The translations under genes were made by a program, and so were the position numbers. The notes beneath the pieces were generated by a model. That model saw nothing but the letters and a program-made list of their open reading frames with translations. It was not told the DNA's origin and ran no database searches. Below, piece after piece: positions 62,931 to 64,000 of a stretch of DNA of 64,000 nt (the first letter of the stretch is position 1; each line of letters starts with the position of its first letter). Source of the DNA: Vicugna vicugna (lineage: Eukaryota); the NCBI GenBank assembly GCA_013265495.1, contig MU057930.1:71599-135598 (forward strand), read 5' to 3'.

Positions 62931-63321
62931 TCAGTCTTTAAGAATAATTTGAAATGCACGTTGCCTTCTGTAAACTAAAATCGCACGAAAGCTCTCCACT
63001 TTTCACAGGGTCTACTAATCTCCTTCCCCTGAGGCAAACCCACCACCCCCTTCACAAGAGCCTCACCAGGAACCAATCTGCCTTCATGAACACACTAAGT
63101 GAGAAGTGGTTCACTTTCCAATGAGTTTATCTGAATCTGCATGAGCGGTTCACCCATCGTCCAAGCCAACATCCCAACCGAAGACACAGGGAGCAAACTG
63201 CTATAGCACGAACAAAAGGAATTCTTCCGGAGGGTGAGTGACGCCGCCGTCAGAACTGCAAGCAGGGGGAGGCGGGTTTGCACCCAAGCTCACACAGAAC
63301 TAGCGAAGAAACAAAGTCATA

Positions 63322-63408
63322 TAAAACTGAAAATCTGTGCTCTGCACTAGAATTTGACACAACATTGTAAAATGACTATAACTCAAGAAAATGTTTTTTA
63401 AAAAAAGT
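63322..63408 (+). mobile_element. Short LINE-1 3' tail
   Basis: aactgaaaatctgtgctctgcactagaatttgacacaacattgtaaaatgactataactcaa, homologous to 47465-47530. Confidence 0.8.
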
Positions 63409-63613
63409 AAGAAATGAGCTAATGAACGGCTCTCTTGAATTTCACTTTAAGCAGGATTCATTTCATTTTTATAAAACTTTCCATCTTCATTTCAATTTTT
63501 ATAAACATTTTATAAAAATTCTCATTTTTATAAGTCTTTAATTTATTTTTGAAAAAACAGTATCTAAGAACCACAATAAAATGAGGTCTGCCTGTAAATT
63601 CACGTAAACATTT

Positions 63614-63936
63614 GATCAACCACAGGCATCTGTTTCTCACGTTTCTGGAGGTGGGGGTCCGAGATCCCGGCGGGGGCAGCTTAGCTCCCGGTGGGGCTCG
63701 CTTCCTGGCTCACAGAGGCCACCTCCTCCCCGTGTCCTCTCACAATGGAGAGACGGCTCTGGTGTCTCTTCCTCTTCTTACAAGGGCAATAATCCCATCC
63801 TGGGGGCCCCACCCTCACGACCTCACCTGACCCTACCCACCTCCCGAAGTTCCTGCCTCCCAAACCATCCCCCTGGGGGTCAGGGCCTCAGCGTAGGAAC
63901 GAGTGCTGGGGAGGAGCAGACATTCAGCCCACAGCA
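63614..63936 (-). mobile_element. MaLR (MLT1A-like) LTR
   Basis: tttctcacgtttctggagg...tcttacaagggcaataatcccatc..gggccccaccctcacgacctca...acattcagcccacagca. Confidence 0.85.
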
Positions 63937-64000
63937 CCTTTGCTCCTGGAAAGCTAAAGGTACACCCCCTCCCACCCGTTCTGTGCTCTGTGTTCCAGAA

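Larger units (their letters stand above)
1..64000 (-). other. DHRSX: DHRSX gene body (partial: part of intron 3, exons 4-6, part of intron 6)
   Basis: Three in-phase internal exons on the minus strand. Neither the upstream exon (GNNDSKAK...NDK in human) nor the terminal exon (TPDEGAW...) was found, so the gene probably extends past both edges. Confidence 0.8.

Noticed and set aside
25258..64000. Search for DHRSX exon 3 or a nested gene such as ZBED1
   Set aside because: No ORF or exon matching these was seen. The many 60-200 aa ORFs are expected by chance in GC-rich intronic DNA, and the hAT remnants are decayed Charlie1.

Overview
This is mammalian genomic DNA, most likely a camelid (about 11 copies of a tRNA-derived SINE resembling camelid Vic-1, plus artiodactyl-type L1 tails). 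The whole window appears to lie inside the DHRSX gene on the minus strand; DHRSX is a pseudoautosomal short-chain dehydrogenase of dolichol biosynthesis. Three internal coding exons are visible with canonical AG/GT sites and consistent phases: 25156-25257 (102 bp), 14134-14341 (208 bp) and 7906-8113 (208 bp). By comparison with human DHRSX these are exons 4-6; I did not find the flanking exons in the window. The rest is intronic and rich in decayed mobile elements (L1 3' ends, SINEs, MaLR/ERV LTRs, Tigger1, MER20, Charlie1, MIR) and tandem repeats. There is one 26-N gap. I found no convincing new gene system. The most unusual signals are non-coding: 17 co-oriented octamer (ATTTGCAT) motifs near exon 5, a 48-bp minisatellite with 3-unit higher-order structure carrying ARE-like and octamer motifs, an unexplained ~410-bp insert splitting an LTR, and one Charlie1 segment present in three local copies, one inverted. 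Repeat family names come from remembered consensus sequences and need RepeatMasker/Dfam confirmation; repeat boundaries are approximate.
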